In this document: in pieces, positions 1-13,865 of the stretch
Position numbering within the stretch: position 1 is the first letter of the stretch
How the letters are laid out: each line of letters opens with the position of its first letter
From: Trichinella spiralis
Taxonomy: Eukaryota
Assembly (NCBI RefSeq): GCF_000181795.1
Contig: NW_003526943.1
Span: 9,160,849-9,224,848 of the forward strand
DNA length: 64,000 nucleotides
Direction of reading: 5' to 3'
Notes under the pieces: generated by a model
Told to the model about the DNA's origin: nothing
The model's input: only the letters and a program-made list of their open reading frames with translations
Databases searched by the model: none
Program-made: the position numbers and the translations under genes

Positions 1-29
1 TGAATTGTTCAACAATTTGCCAATGCTAG

Positions 30-718
30 ATGTCAAGTGACCAGCTTGACCACTGATATCAGTGGTACACAGCTAGCGTCGGCGGCTTTCGATCTTTCAA
101 TTCGTCTGTGGGATGTTTCCAATGGTCAGTGTATGCGAATTATCACTTTGGAATGTGAGTTTCGTTCGTCACTGTTGAACATCGAATATGATTTTTTTTC
201 TTAATATTAATTTAAGCGACGCCCACTTTTTTGAGCTTTGTTCCAAACGTTCCAATGTTCACCAGAGAAATTGAACACGACGACAGTGGACAAGTGATGC
301 TTGTGCACAAATTTGACAGAAACGTCAATCGTGACGCCAACAGCAGTGTAATCCCGTTACGTCGGCAAGCACATGTTGCTTTGCCAATCGCGGACTTTGG
401 TATCGATGATGATGATGATGATGAGCAACTTTTACAGGTAAAGTCAATTAATAGTTTATTTATTTGTGTTAATCAATTGACTGATTGATAGATTAATTAA
501 TTAATTAATTAATTAGTAATTTTTCATTTTCTTCTATTCAGCATGAACAACAACAGCAAGAAATAGATAAGCTGAAATACCAATTGGATATGTACGTGAA
601 AATTAATAAATCAATGCGAAAAATGGTTTCGGATAAACTTTTCCACATTGGAGATGATGACAATGAGGACAGAAATGATGACAATGTTGGACAAAATTCA
701 GGAGAATCACACAGCTGA
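30..718 (+). CDS. WDR18: WD40-repeat protein, 3' exons only (WDR18/IPI3-like); 5' part lies outside the window
   Basis: Exon ~30-154 reads CQVTSLTTDISGTQLASAAFDLSIRLWDVSNGQCMRII, a WD40 repeat. Exon ~217-438 splices in phase 0 to exon 542-718, a coiled-coil-like tail (HEQQQQEIDKLKYQLDMYVKINKSM) ending TGA at 716-718. A last WD repeat followed by a C-terminal coiled coil fits WDR18; orthology is inferred. Confidence 0.55.
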
Positions 719-2695
719 AATTTGTCTTTTTTTCCTTTTCGTAAAAAAATTATAACAAGAAAATCGTTCCAACTGAATATGCATGCTCGATATGGTCATT
801 TTCAACGCTTTCTCTTCGGAACTGAGACAGACCAGTCCATACCAGAAAAAGAATCCAATCGATAAAGTTAATAAAAATCGAAATATAATTATCTGAAGGA
901 AATAAATAAAAAAAAGCATCATTATTATTTTCTTTTGAATACGTAATTTGAAGCATTTATAGTTGTTTTTTTTACCGGTAAAGTGATGCCCGGCCAGTGC
1001 AATTCCACGTCCACTGTCCATATGTACAATGCAAGCGAGAAGAATAACCTGAACAGGAAGTATGCCTTATTCTGTTTTACTTTCTGCAAGCCACTTTCGA
1101 CCACAGGTAGAATGTAGCGCAATTGATTGGCAAAATTGTTTAAATGTTCGTAAACCTCTCGGTTATTTGACTCCTCTATTCCTGCAGATTAACATAATCA
1201 GTGTTTGAAATATATATATATATATATGAAGAATTTTTTTTTAAATAATACTTTCTCCATTTCTTGCTATATTAAGGGAAGCGTAAACAGCTGAATGGTC
1301 GGAATAGCACAAGTTTGGCTTATTTGGAATACGACAAAGTGTTGGAAAACATTTATCAACGGCAACTTTTAATGTTCGCTTTTCGTACCAATAAAAAATA
1401 TAATCTATCCGTTTGCCAGACGATGATGCTTTCGTATAACAATTGTCCTTAAGGTCGCATGTCAGTCCTTGTTTACATGATCCGTCAGGAGAGTACTGAA
1501 ATTTATTTTTAAAATTAAAATATGATTTTAAGAAAAAAAATACTGACATCATCTGATCGTTCCAACCAAGCATCTTTCAAACTGGCCGAATGACGAATTA
1601 AATCATAACCAAGATCTGTTGGCCGTAAATTCAAATCGCCCATCAAAATTGCCATTTCACAATTTTGCATGGTATTTCGCATAAATTGGCCGAGTTCAAA
1701 AGCTTGAACAACCCTGTGCGCTAAATAGACATCTTCATCATGATTGTATTCGGCATGTATCTGAAAAGGTCATTTTTCGAATTATCAACGTTAATAAAGC
1801 GGAAAAAATCAACGTTATCAATTTACTAACGTGCGTAGCATAAACGTTAATATTTATTCCTGAAAATTGAATTCGACAAAGGCCGACCATTTTCCCACCA
1901 AACCAATCACCACGATGAATATGATGCACATAACCATTTAAAGAATACCTATGCATCAACGTTTCCAATATTATTCCTTTCGAAAACACACAAACGCCAC
2001 TACCAGCGTATCCACTATAACATATTTTAGCTTAGTAACCTGTTACTGCAGTAAAATTTATTCCAATATTAATAATCATAAATTCAAATTGATTTTAAAA
2101 AAGTCTTTTCCAATTTTTTCTCATATAATTTATTTAAATTTTAGCAAGCAGTAAAGAATTATTCTAAAAAATAAGAAAAAATAAAAATTTCAAAACCGTT
2201 ATTTACAAATGCACGCATTACATTTTTTTAATAATGTTAAAAATATTTCTCAGTCTTCAATCAATTAAACTTGCATTATTCATTAAAGGTATTACAGTAT
2301 GCCATAAATGAAAACATTCTATATTCAAACCAAGTAAAACGTTTGAAATATAGTTTTTTGCCAATCTCACTTTATAAATTCACCGTTCAACAATATACGT
2401 TTAACAGCTACTTACTTATGAAAATAAAAAGAATACGGCATTACGAGGCGAACGGCATCATGAATCATATTGAAGTCATTTTCTGACCAAATTTCTTGCA
2501 GAGACACTATGTCGTATTTTCCAGTAGCAAGTTCTTTTGCTATTTCTTTTATTCTAACTTTTCTATCAGCGCTGCCAAAAGGAAATGGCAAGGGAATACC
2601 CCTGTAAAAAAACTATTAAACCGATACTGATGTTAATGTGAAATAAAATACCAGCAGTTCAGAGTAAGCACTCTTAATTGCAGGAAGTCGGTCAT
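707..2695 (-). CDS. SMPD2: Neutral sphingomyelinase (SMPD2/ISC1 family), multi-exon
   Basis: N-term MTDFLQLRVLTLNCWGIP...YDIVSLQEIWS; HHIHRGDWFGGK; GDLN; GKRIDYIF; SDHSAV; two C-terminal hydrophobic helices. A phase-0 last intron puts the last exon in the 707..1021 frame (IIIFRFLLTLSIGFFFWYGLVCLSSEEKALK). Confidence 0.9.
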
Positions 2696-3232
2696 GTGGA
2701 ATTCTTCAATAATATCTGTAACAAATATTTTGTTATATACTCCGTTTAAACAGTTTAACTTTAAAAGTTACTTTAAAATTGAATTATTCGTTTAAAAATG
2801 AAATAATGCAGCTGTTCACCTGATGAAAGAGCAATCAATTTTTTTTACAAACAACGAAGCGGATTGTCAAGTTGGGAACAAAACTTGACGAGACGTGTGT
2901 AGTGTAAATGAATGTTCGTTCATAAGGACAAATGTTCGGTCATTATGAAATTAAATAATTCAGATTAAAATTATTAATTTAGGTCTAACAAACTAAATTT
3001 TAATAAATAAATTATAGTAGATTAATTTGTAAATTTGGATTTTCAGGTTTTCATGAATTATTCTTCAACTGAATCTAGTAATATTTGTGTGTTACGTGAT
3101 ATAACAAAAAATTATATGCTTTTCCAGTTTTCTCCCTTAAAAAAGTATACTGTAGTCTCAACTGAAATCTTTCTACCTTTATTTTAGACAATAATCTGAA
3201 AAGATTCCATCGATGCCGTTGCACTGGAAACA

Positions 3233-3919
3233 ATGGCAGCAATAGCTAATGCAATCTTTGTTTCAAGACGGTTTAAATCCATTCGAGTAATGAATATTTG
3301 GTATGTAGCATTAAAATTTCGACCAGCGTTGCCAATTTACCATATGAATGCAATGCTTAAAACGAGCTGTTTGAATTCAAATAAATACCCCTTTAACAAA
3401 GGAGAACGAGAAAGCTTAGGAAAGTTAGTATATTCATCTGGCTCAATGAGGAATTTGATACGCGGGGTGAAATTGTTTTCTTTGCTCACAACAACTGTAG
3501 CTTTTGGAATGCAGCCAATGATTTGGCACGACATGTTTGTTCATGATGACAGAAGTGCTTTGCTTACTACTCTTACGTTGAGCTTTTTGTCATTCTCAGT
3601 GATGTGCTCTCCACTTTTGTTAAACCTTCTCACCAAAAGGTACGTCATTTGCATGTATCATGATGAAAAACAACAACTGTTCAGTGTTATGACGTATAAT
3701 ATTTTTGCTTGGCCACGAATTATCCAGTTCAAATTTGAAGATATCAAAGCGTTTGATTCACCGATTTTGGCTAACCTGTTAGTCGACTCTTATCCGTTGC
3801 TGATGATATCAACAAATTTCACCGATCAATACGTGCTTGAAAAGTTTCTGCCATTGTTAGGCGAAGAAGAAGAAACGCCAAAACGCAAAGTAGATGATGA
3901 TGAAGATGGTTTGGTTTAA
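3233..3919 (+). CDS. TMEM70: TMEM70-family mitochondrial ATP synthase assembly factor, single coding exon
   Basis: 228-aa ORF with a basic, presequence-like N-term, LVYSS...IRGVKLFSLLT, two TM segments and PLLLNLLTKRYVICMY. Confidence 0.8.
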   Translation: MAAIANAIFVSRRFKSIRVMNIWYVALKFRPALPIYHMNAMLKTSCLNSNKYPFNKGERESLGKLVYSSGSMRNLIRGVKLFSLLTTTVAFGMQPMIWHDMFVHDDRSALLTTLTLSFLSFSVMCSPLLLNLLTKRYVICMYHDEKQQLFSVMTYNIFAWPRIIQFKFEDIKAFDSPILANLLVDSYPLLMISTNFTDQYVLEKFLPLLGEEEETPKRKVDDDEDGLV

Positions 3920-4450
3920 TTCATTTTTGTTCTAACAAATAAATGTTCAATATGAAGTAAATTGTATGAATTTTTCACGATACAAGTATTATGTTAATAT
4001 TTTACAAAAGCAAAAGGAGACAGATACATTTTAAAACCTTTATTAATAGCTACAGATTGCTGGTGTTGGTATATTTTATTATATTATCAATATGGCGTTT
4101 CTTATAGTCTACGGTTAAATATAATTAGACATATGAATATAAAAAATAATTACATGTTTGAGTTTGAATAAATGATGTAAAGTAAATTCAATAATTATGT
4201 TTTCCAAAAATTATTTCCTGAGCATCATATACAGTAATCTTACTTTATAATCTGTTTTACTGCCAGTGCCTTTTTTAACTTTAATTAGTATAGCTGTTTT
4301 AAAGGAAGTGTAAGTAAGATTTTAATAAACAGATCGTATTATACAATATTTATTTTATTTTATTTTATTTATACTTTGCTGTATACTACTTTACTTTATA
4401 TAAGTTTATTCTATGGTGGAAGTGATCTAATGTTCTAGGCTTTATCTTTT

Positions 4451-7400
4451 ATGAAGACAATGAAGGCCAATGTCGGGGTGTGGAATTCGAAAAAATTCAG
4501 CGTCTCTCGTGATTCTGTTTGTAGCTTAATAGAGAAACTGTTTTATGAATTTCCCGTGCATCTCAGAAGCTATTCAATTGAAGGCGTATCTTTTGAAAAA
4601 CACATCTGCGCAGCGATGAACAGTTTACGAGAGGTAAAATCCTCATTGCACCCCATATGCATGGCGATGAGCAGATTTGACTACGACATTTCAATTGTTG
4701 GTAACGGTTACCGCAGTATTGTGACTGTTTTTGATCTCTGTTTGATTGGTTTATTGCGAAGCTTGTTTAAAATTTCGAAAATTTCTCATCGACGTTGGTT
4801 TCGCGCAAGTCGACCAGTGAAAGAGGTAGTCGCATACGCTGAGATTTTGAGAGTGCTCTGTCAAGCTGTTGACTTAGTGTCGAAATATTTGCCAAAACCA
4901 AATTCACACTGTTTGTTTCTAACGAATGTCGATGCGGATGATTTGGATCGTTTGATGTCTTCTTTTGAACAATTGGATCAGTCAAATTTTTACGGGAGAC
5001 AGATTGGATTTCAGGTATAATATACTTTATTTGTTCCTTTTAAGTCTTACCGTAGTACATTAGGATAGGAAAAGGAAAGTTTGCTACTTTAACATATGAT
5101 TATTTTTTTAATTTATTTATAAGTGCATTTTTTGGACATGTATTTTTGTGACAGCTGCTGATATGTTTTAATGATAAAATAGTATTATTGAAATTGATTA
5201 AAAATTTGTTCAATGAGTAAGTGTTTTTGAATAATTTCTATTTTAGTTTTGTAGCTCAGTCAGCAACGTATTTCATGTAATTGGTACAGCTCTTGCTTCC
5301 TATAGTACATTGTGGAATCATTCGAACGTATGGTATCGGCGTTATCCTTCAATTGTTTATTCATGTTGTCGATTTTTGGTTAATCCTGAAAATCGATCCA
5401 AGCATATTGCCAAAATTTTTCGCCATTCTGATCTTGAATTGTGCAGATCGTTTTGGAGTTTGCTCGAATCTCCAATACTTCGAGTATATTGATTCATGAT
5501 TTCTAAGGACAATTTGTACATTTATGTTTCACGCAGACACTTCCAAGCGTTGTTGGGCCAAAACTTGCAGTGAACGAGTTGTATTGTATACAGCCTACAG
5601 ATATGCTGAGTTTGGAGAAAAAGAACGGCACAATGGTGAACATTCCAGTACCCAGCGCCTTTAGTGGTCCAAGAAATCTTTGCGTTCGAATTTTGTCACT
5701 TCACCGTTGGCCTGGCCTGGTGAAATTTTTTACACCTACGAGGTGGCGTTCGTATAATTTTAGGTAGCTAACAGCGAGCATTTTATGTTAGATGGGCGAA
5801 AAGGGAAAAGACCGGTCCAGTCGTTCCAATTTTCTCGTACTGCATTGTCACGGAGGTGGCTTTATAGCTACATCTACAAAAACTCACGAAGTATATAATT
5901 GCTATTTTGAAAATTTACATTTGTTTAACAATTTCAATTGCCATTGTTCTTCTTTCTCTCTTCTATACAATAGACGTATTTGAAATTTTGGGCTGCTGAA
6001 CTGAATTGTCCAATTGTATCTGTTGATTATTCACTAGCTCCAGAAAATCCATATCCTAGAGCACTTGAAGAGGCTTTGTACGCATACGCTTGGTGTCTAA
6101 CGCATGCTGATTTTCTTGGTATTCAAATTGTTTATTCAGTTTGTTTTTATGTAAAGTGAAATTTATCTAGTATTTTTTTCGAATGATCAATGTCAGGTTG
6201 GACTGGAGAATATCTGTGTTTTGCCGGTGAATCAGCAGGCGGTTTGCTGTTGACATCGACTTGTTTGAAGCTTATCCAATTGGACGTGGCTCGTCTTCCG
6301 GATAAATTGGTCACAATTTACACGCCATTTCTGGTTGAATTTGCTCCATCGGCATCTCGACTTCTCAGTTTGTTGGATCCATTGATACCATGGGGAATAA
6401 TGTATCGTTGTTTGTATGGTAATGAATCATTTTATATTTTGGATGTTGTTTAGATCTGTTAAAAGTGTATCCTTCACTATTATATTATATTATATTATGT
6501 TAAGCTTACAAATTTGGAGCACTGACCGATGATCAGCGGTTGGCAGAAGTTCGAGAAGGTAGAAAGCTTTCGAAATCTGGAATTGAAATCAAGATTTCCT
6601 CAGAAGAGTACTTAGGCGAGGAAAATATATTACCGGATAGAGGTGAAATTGAGGCAGAAGATACTTTTGCAGCTGAACTGAATTGGACTGAACATATTTC
6701 AGAAATTGAAACTCACATGTCAGATTCTAAATACATCCGGCTGTCAACTGAGCTGTTCGATCGTGAATTCATCAAATTCTTAAGCATGCACGAAGTAACT
6801 GAACCGTCGTTTCATTGTTCGCCTGAAAGTCGACTGGGAAAAAGTGGAGAAATTCAACGTGATCAGATCGAGTAGACAGACGTTTTTATTTTCAAAAATT
6901 CTCCTCGCAAATAACTCCATACAAACGTGTTGTACGTGTTCCACAGGGAGCCGAATCTTTCCAAGTCGAGATGTGGATCCGTTACGGATAATTTGGTCGA
7001 AGTTTGTTCGACAGTTTCGGATATTTTTGTGGAAAATGTGTCTCGCATTTTGAAAGATACCACCAACGTTTCGTCTACTGTCGACTGTTCATCGTCGTCC
7101 AATGGAAATGATCCAGTGTCGAATCGCAAACGATTGCAGACAAGCAGCACCAACGACAGCGGAAGTGGCATTTTTGAAGACGGGGATCCGTTGCTTTCAC
7201 CTTGGCTAGCAACGGACGAGCTGTTGCGCAATTTGCCACCGACGTCGGTTGTGGTAACTTTGCAGACACTTCAAAATTGATCTGGAAGAAATGATCCACC
7301 GCTTTCTTGTGTGAGATAATGATGTGGAATTTTTAGGCTTGTCATCTGGATCCTCTTTTGGACGATTCTATCAGCTTTTGCAAGAAGCTTCGTCAAGCGA

Positions 7401-7537
7401 ATGTGCCCCACACGTTGGACCTGATTGAATCATTGCCGCATGGATTCATGAATTTGATGTCGTTTAGCAAAGAATGTCGTTTGGCTACTCAGCTCTGTCT
7501 TCGGCGTATCAAAGAAACTGTCATCATCAATAAATAA
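4451..7537 (+). CDS. LIPE: Hormone-sensitive lipase (HSL N-terminal domain plus alpha/beta hydrolase), multi-exon
   Basis: GNGYRS and FYGRQIGFQ (HSL_N); [33 protein letters not shown] nucleophile elbow; [25 protein letters not shown] at 7535-7537. Confidence 0.92.
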
Positions 7538-7927
7538 TAAGTTTTACAAATTATTTATACATATATAAATATTTTTTAGCATTTTAAAATTGATCTGTAA
7601 TCTTTATTTGTGAAGTGTGAGTGAGATTATTTTTAAGCTCAAATATTATTGTATGCCTTGAAACAGTGCTTTGAATTACTGCTGTGCATTCATTATGTTA
7701 CGTTATATTATTTATTGTTGTGTTGTTGTTGTTCAAGTTGAAATGCTGCTCTGAACAATTTTTCATAAGTTCGCAGAGTTTTGTTTATCAGCAAGATTGT
7801 TGTTTAAATGAATTTAGTAGAACGATTAAAAAAATGAATGAATGAATGAAATTTATTGTTTATATACATGAATGAATCAAGAAAAAAGAACCGTTTTGGA
7901 TTTTCAAAGAACAACTGCTGTTGTTGT

Positions 7928-10900
7928 TCAACGTCTCTTTTTTCGTTTCGAATTATTATTCTTCAAACGGCGGGAATCTTTCTTCATTCTCGGATCGACC
8001 ATCTTGTAACGTCCAGTAACCCCTTGTGGACGACGCGTACGCTTCCCAACGAGACCCTTCTTCGCCACAACGTACGTCACCTCCTTCTTCGGGGCCTGCT
8101 TACTTTGCTTGTAAATCCTTAAAGTGATTATTATTATTTAAAATCAATGCAAATTATCAAATTCAAAATTCATCGGTCACCTTTTCAACTCTTTTCTCTT
8201 TTCCACTTCAGTCAAGCCGTCGTTTTCTAAAATACCTTCAACCTTCTTCTTAGCTTTTTCCATCCTTTTCAAAGCCTAATCGACAGAGCAAAAGAAAAAG
8301 CATATATATTATAAAAAAAATTTGTTTAAAGCACACAATTATTTTCTTTTCAATTAATTACTTTTCTCCTTTTTCGAGCTTTTGCCTCTGCAATTTTTTT
8401 AATCGGTCTAGCGTTGATTTCACGCTGTCGTCGTTTGAATTCTTCAACGGCTTCCTGCAAAATTATAATTTTAATAAATATATGCATAAAGGAGAAATTT
8501 ATAAAAAAAACAAAACAAAACATTCTTGCTCACTTTGGTTATTGGTAAATTTGGATGGTAATGTTTCTTTTCATCTTCCGCAAACCAAGCCGGCAAATTG
8601 GTATCGTTGTTCACGAAACGATTGAAACCCGCGTCGATCAAATTTCGTCTTGTCTTTGTCGAATGAATCCACATTTGTGCAAGTGCCAAACCTTCTGGAT
8701 CCAACGACTTTTTTTTCTCTGCAAACAAAATCTTACACATAATAATTTACATATGCATGCAATGATGCATATAATTTACTTCGACCATTTTTCAATTCAT
8801 TCTCCGTATCGATTTCTTTTTCTTCTTCTAAGTTGAATAAAAATATTTAAAAAATTAATTCAATCAAATAATTTCAATTCAAATTTATACCTGATAAATC
8901 GCTCCAATCGATTTCATCCGATTGTTTCGCCGAAGAATCTTCCACCACAGCATCATTTGCCGGTTCCACGGCATTTTCCACTGATTGGAGTAAATCTGCA
9001 CCACCGTCGTCATCGTCGTTTTCATCTTTTTCCAAAATTGTCGACGCTACTCGATCCAACTCCTCGTCTTCTTCTTCACTTTCAATATTGTTGAATATAT
9101 CCTTCAATAAAATACATTTGTACAAATTTTGAAAAAACCAAATCAACAATCAATTTTCATTTCATTCAATTTCAATAATTTGCTACAATTTGATAAATTA
9201 TTACTGCACCCATGTCCGACGATGCTTATGGTGTGACTTACATTTGTGAACCATCGCTTCATTTTCACCTTTGGATCATCATTCACTTCACTGGCAACAG
9301 GTAAAATGGACAAAATATCATCTTTCCTAAATTAATATTCACATTGCAAAAAGCAGTCGCCAAATTATGAAAAACAGTCGACAAAATAAAAACCCTTCTG
9401 AAATTTCATCTTCAACAACGCACAAACTTTCTTCACTGTCCGAATATTGGGGCTTGGATGCCTGAAATCTGTTGGCATTATTACAAACAACATTTTCAAA
9501 AAAACAACAAAATCCATCACCTTTTCTATTGCATTTTGAATACTGAATAAACGTCGATCTTCTTGAATATCCGCAACGTCGTCTTTGATCACCATGTTGT
9601 ATTCGAGCTTTTTCTTTTGTCGACGTTTCTCTTTAAACTCTTTCTTCCTCTTCCTGCAAACATTGCAGCAACAATTGTATCGTTTCATTCGTCAAATTTT
9701 ACATAAAAAAATAATCAACACGTATGCATACTTTTTCGAAACTTTCGTTTCACTTTTCATCGCTTCTTCCAGTTCGGCGTCGATTTTCGCCTCCTCTTCC
9801 GCCTCCGAATCCATCTCACTTTAAATGACAATATTTAAATTTACCACCACTATTTAAATATGCAAACAACAGACAACACCCAACTTGTTTTCCAAGTTTG
9901 CATCCGACTGCCGTTTCAAGGTTTCGGATTCTGCTTTGAAGTCGGAACGAAGCTTGCGACGCCAACTGATCAACTGGCGCAACTCCCGGCGGCCGAGAAC
10001 TTTCACATCCTCGCAGAGCTGCTTGATTTCGTCGCTAGTGGCCGGATGGTCGGCAATTTTCGGATCATCCAGCAACAGTTGATTTGCCCCGCCCAAAATT
10101 TCCAAATAATCACTCGAAGTGATAAATTCACCGGCACTGACGCGGTTGTACAATGTGTCGCAGCCTTCGGCGTAGCCTTCAGCTTTGCGTTTCTGTTTCT
10201 CCGGACGAAACAGATTTATTCTACAACAAATCATTTTCATAATAAATGAAAAATAATTAACAACAACAACAAATATATATATACTTTGTTTTTTGAGGTT
10301 CCAAGTCGAGTTCTTTGAAGACACTTTTGAAGCTCAGAGATACTGTCGAATCTGCAGGCTTAAAACCCTGACAGACGGCGTATATTTCGGCTGATTCTTG
10401 TCTAGACGCTTGGGGTTTCGTCACGTGCACCTACACAATTAATAATGGATTATTTTAAAAAATTTTCAAACCTTCTTTCCCGCTAGTTTCACTTTGTTGA
10501 ACAATTTTTTCATCACGTTCACCAATGTAGGATGATCTTTCGAGCGGAACAGCTTTGTCACGAACCATCCACCAGGACGCAGTATTGCAGAAGCAAGTCT
10601 CAAAGCGTGAAGTGTAAGCTGCGCTGAAAATTCACTTGTTTACAAATTATTTTATTTTTTTTTCAACAAATATGTTAATTTTCAGAAGGGTGGTATCATT
10701 CATCAGCAACAACATTTTTACCTTGCTGAAAGGCGTCGTGATTCCAATTTTTTCCAACGTTCGGAGAACCATCGTGAAGAACGCAATCTGCAGTCCAAGT
10801 TTTCAGCTCTCTTTTAATTTGACTCAAACAACTTTCTGTAGTAATGTCATTTTGTAATGTGATCACATTGTGCAATGCTTTTATGGAAACTAAATCTACG

Positions 10901-11519
10901 CCTGGAAATAAAGCAAAAAATATTATTTAAATGAAACTGCTATGCAATGTCGAACAAAAATTAAAATAAGAAAAAATTTTCAAATGTTCACAAATGCAAT
11001 CTGTATTTAATGTAAAAATACTCTTTTTAAATAAATTTTTCAAATTTTCACTTGTATAAATTATAAATTTCATCACAAAAGTACCAATTATCAATCGAGA
11101 AACTGGCATATACTGTGAAGCCACTTGAAGCCATCCACCTGGTGCGGCACATAAATCAACTAAACACGTCGATTTTTCCAAAAATTGAAATTTCTTATTT
11201 AAATGAACCAGTTTAAAGGCGGCCCGACTTCTATAACCTAAAAATATACATCGATTAATAAAAAAAAGCAAAACGCAAATTATTATACTTCGCCTCGATT
11301 AAACATTAACACCTACGTCAATCTTAACGTAATTTAGCAACATAATCTAATCTAATCTAATCTTAAGAAAAATTGTATCAAGTGGCCAATTCAAATGTAA
11401 TCAACGATAAAAATATTATCTCATGAACAAACCAGTGAAATATCAAATTACATACCAGCTTGTTTGGCAAGATTGTAATATTTGTCTCGGCGCTGCTTGC
11501 CAACCTTCTTTTTCCCCAT
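7928..11519 (-). CDS. FTSJ3: pre-rRNA 2'-O-ribose methyltransferase FTSJ3/SPB1, multi-exon
   Basis: [78 protein letters not shown]-term [13 protein letters not shown]; stop at 7928-7930. Confidence 0.95.
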
Positions 11520-13649
11520 TATTATCTACAAAAAATTTCAGCTTAAAATAACTTAAAAAACAAAATATTTACAGCTATTCAACTAAGTATTTTTTAATAT
11601 CAACGCACCCCAAAAAATTAGAAAATTCACTATTATTAAAATATGCACCAGTCGTACGATGCTGCAAAGAAATTAACAAATTCAACATGAATTTTTATAA
11701 TAATGAACAATGTGTTAATAATTTCTAATCTTTAATACATCTAAAGATTATATTGCCATAAAAAAACAATATCCGCAAGCTTTAACATCTAAATTTTAAC
11801 GGTACAAAAGTTTTAAAAAATTAAGTAAAAGTAATATTAAATAACTGCAGGTGAATCAATGTATAAAAATAAAATACTATTTCCTTATATGCATACAGAT
11901 ATTTTGAAAATATGATTAAATGCATTCGAATATAAAAAAATTAATTAAATTCCTTTCTCTTCAGTTTTTACAGTATCAGTATTGAAAAATCAGGGTCAAT
12001 TTTTGCAGACGAATTTTTTCTGCCACAAAAACAAAAATAAATAATTTATTCATTTTTCAGTTATATTATTTTTATAGTTTTATAAAATGTCGTTTCATTG
12101 TGTTAAAGATTTGTAATTATGCTAGGCATATCTATCACTGATTTGCTGCTGCATGGTTTGTCAGATTTGAAAAGACAATGAAACTATTGTTGTTGTTCAA
12201 TTTTCGTCATCTTACTTTTTTGATAATATTTGTAATGTTCTTTTAATAATTTAGCATAGTTTGTTCAATGCTAGCAAAGTAAAAGTTAGTTAGTGCCACT
12301 TGCAACTAAAAATGAAAAAAAACACTTCCTGTTATAGCAGTTATAGTGCTACAGTAGTTCACACAATATTATGGCAGCATTACTAAATGTGCTAAATCAT
12401 TGATACTATTCAATGTTTTCAGTTAACATTATAGCTTTGTTCCCTAAATTAAATAAAACTGATATCATAAAGATAATTTGCGATAATACACTGCGTAGAA
12501 CATGCATTTTCTTGATTTAATTCGTTTATTTCTTAATCAGATGAAATATTTTTAAATAAAAGAAATGTGCATATCAGAATAACAGTGTACATTGAACATC
12601 CTTCCACGAATAGTTCATTAAATTTCCATAGTTGCTAATCATAGTTGACGCCTACTTTTACGTTTTTTATTATCTTGCATTATTCGTGAAACAGTGAAAG
12701 AACATAATCTTATTGGTTTTGCAGTTGTTCAACCTGAACAGGTTTCAACGAAATGAATATATATGTAACAACATAAATCGTGTAGATAAAGTTTGACTTG
12801 CGTTCTTGTATTGTGTTATGTTTTGTTTGCTGTTTTCTGAATAATAAATTGTCAATATTACGTGCAAGCATAGTACTTTTATGAGCATAAATAAAGATAA
12901 CATTTGTGACGAATCAAGTTGCTGTTTAAAGATGAATTTAGTCAATTTCTTGAATATCAATAAACGTCAGATAGCCTTTGAAGTTTACATTTTTTGAATA
13001 AATTGTAGTATTATTTTCATAATTCAACAAATTTATAGCAAAAGTGAAAATATCTGCGTAATGCTCTATATATATAGTGTAAACTTTTAATAAATAAATA
13101 TGAAAATAAAATATTCAGATCAAGTTCTTGGTTTTGTGAAAGTTGTTTTTATCAGAATAATTCACTTCATGATTGCTTGTGCTCAGGTTTGTATCTTTCT
13201 ACATGCAATAAAACAAAATCATTTAATTTGCAACATTTTGCTATTTTTGTTGCGAGATAAAGCTTGCTTGTAACAAGAATAAACAGCAGCAGCAATGCTT
13301 TGAAATTATAAATGCTTAATAACATTCATCTGTTATTATTTGAAAGTTTCGAGGCAAATAAATTTGACAAAGTAATGCTTCTTCAAGTGACTGAATTTAT
13401 TTTTTGAAATTTTGTCTCATGCTTATTTTATTGCTGCAAAAGTTAATGCAAAATGAATCCTTGATTGCACGTTTATTTTCTGTTATTAATACGATTGTAA
13501 TTAATTAATTTAATATTTTCTTCATTTCTGATAAAGTGATGTAATGTCAGTTCAAACGTTTAAATTAAATCTTTATTCTGACAAAATAATAAAACATGAA
13601 AGAAGTTAACAGTCATGACGCATTGATAATATCAAGGATAGAATCACGC

Positions 13650-13865
13650 TGTTGAGAAATGTTTTCTCAATACCTGCTCATCAGTACCAAAAAACATTGC
13701 TCAGTGTACGAAAACAACGGTTGCGCAACGCCAGTTGCACCCCTTGTTTTTCTCAATGGAAAACAATGGAATAGCAATTAAGCGGTCAAAAGGTCAGCGT
13801 CTTGTCATATATCTGCCACACCTCCGGTGGTCAGCTGCTGAAAAGCGTCAAAGTGAAATGTGGCT
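13650..13865 (+). repeat. 5' LTR, truncated (first ~216 bp only)
   Basis: Direct repeat of 15238-15454 with about 16 differences by manual count (~93% identity). Similarity stops abruptly after GTGAAATGTGGCT. Confidence 0.9.

Noticed and set aside
493..515. (TTAA)n runs here and at ~60193-60216 as possible piggyBac footprints
   Set aside because: These are simple intronic microsatellites; piggyBac excision is precise and leaves no such arrays.
750..956. Alternative frame for the last SMPD2 exon, which would avoid the CDS overlap
   Set aside because: Intron phase and the TM-helix pattern support the 707..1021 frame instead.
6467..6478. GTATCCTT/TCCTTCAC resembling U12-type intron signals in a LIPE intron
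   Set aside because: It lies mid-intron; the frame-consistent donor is an ordinary GTAATG.
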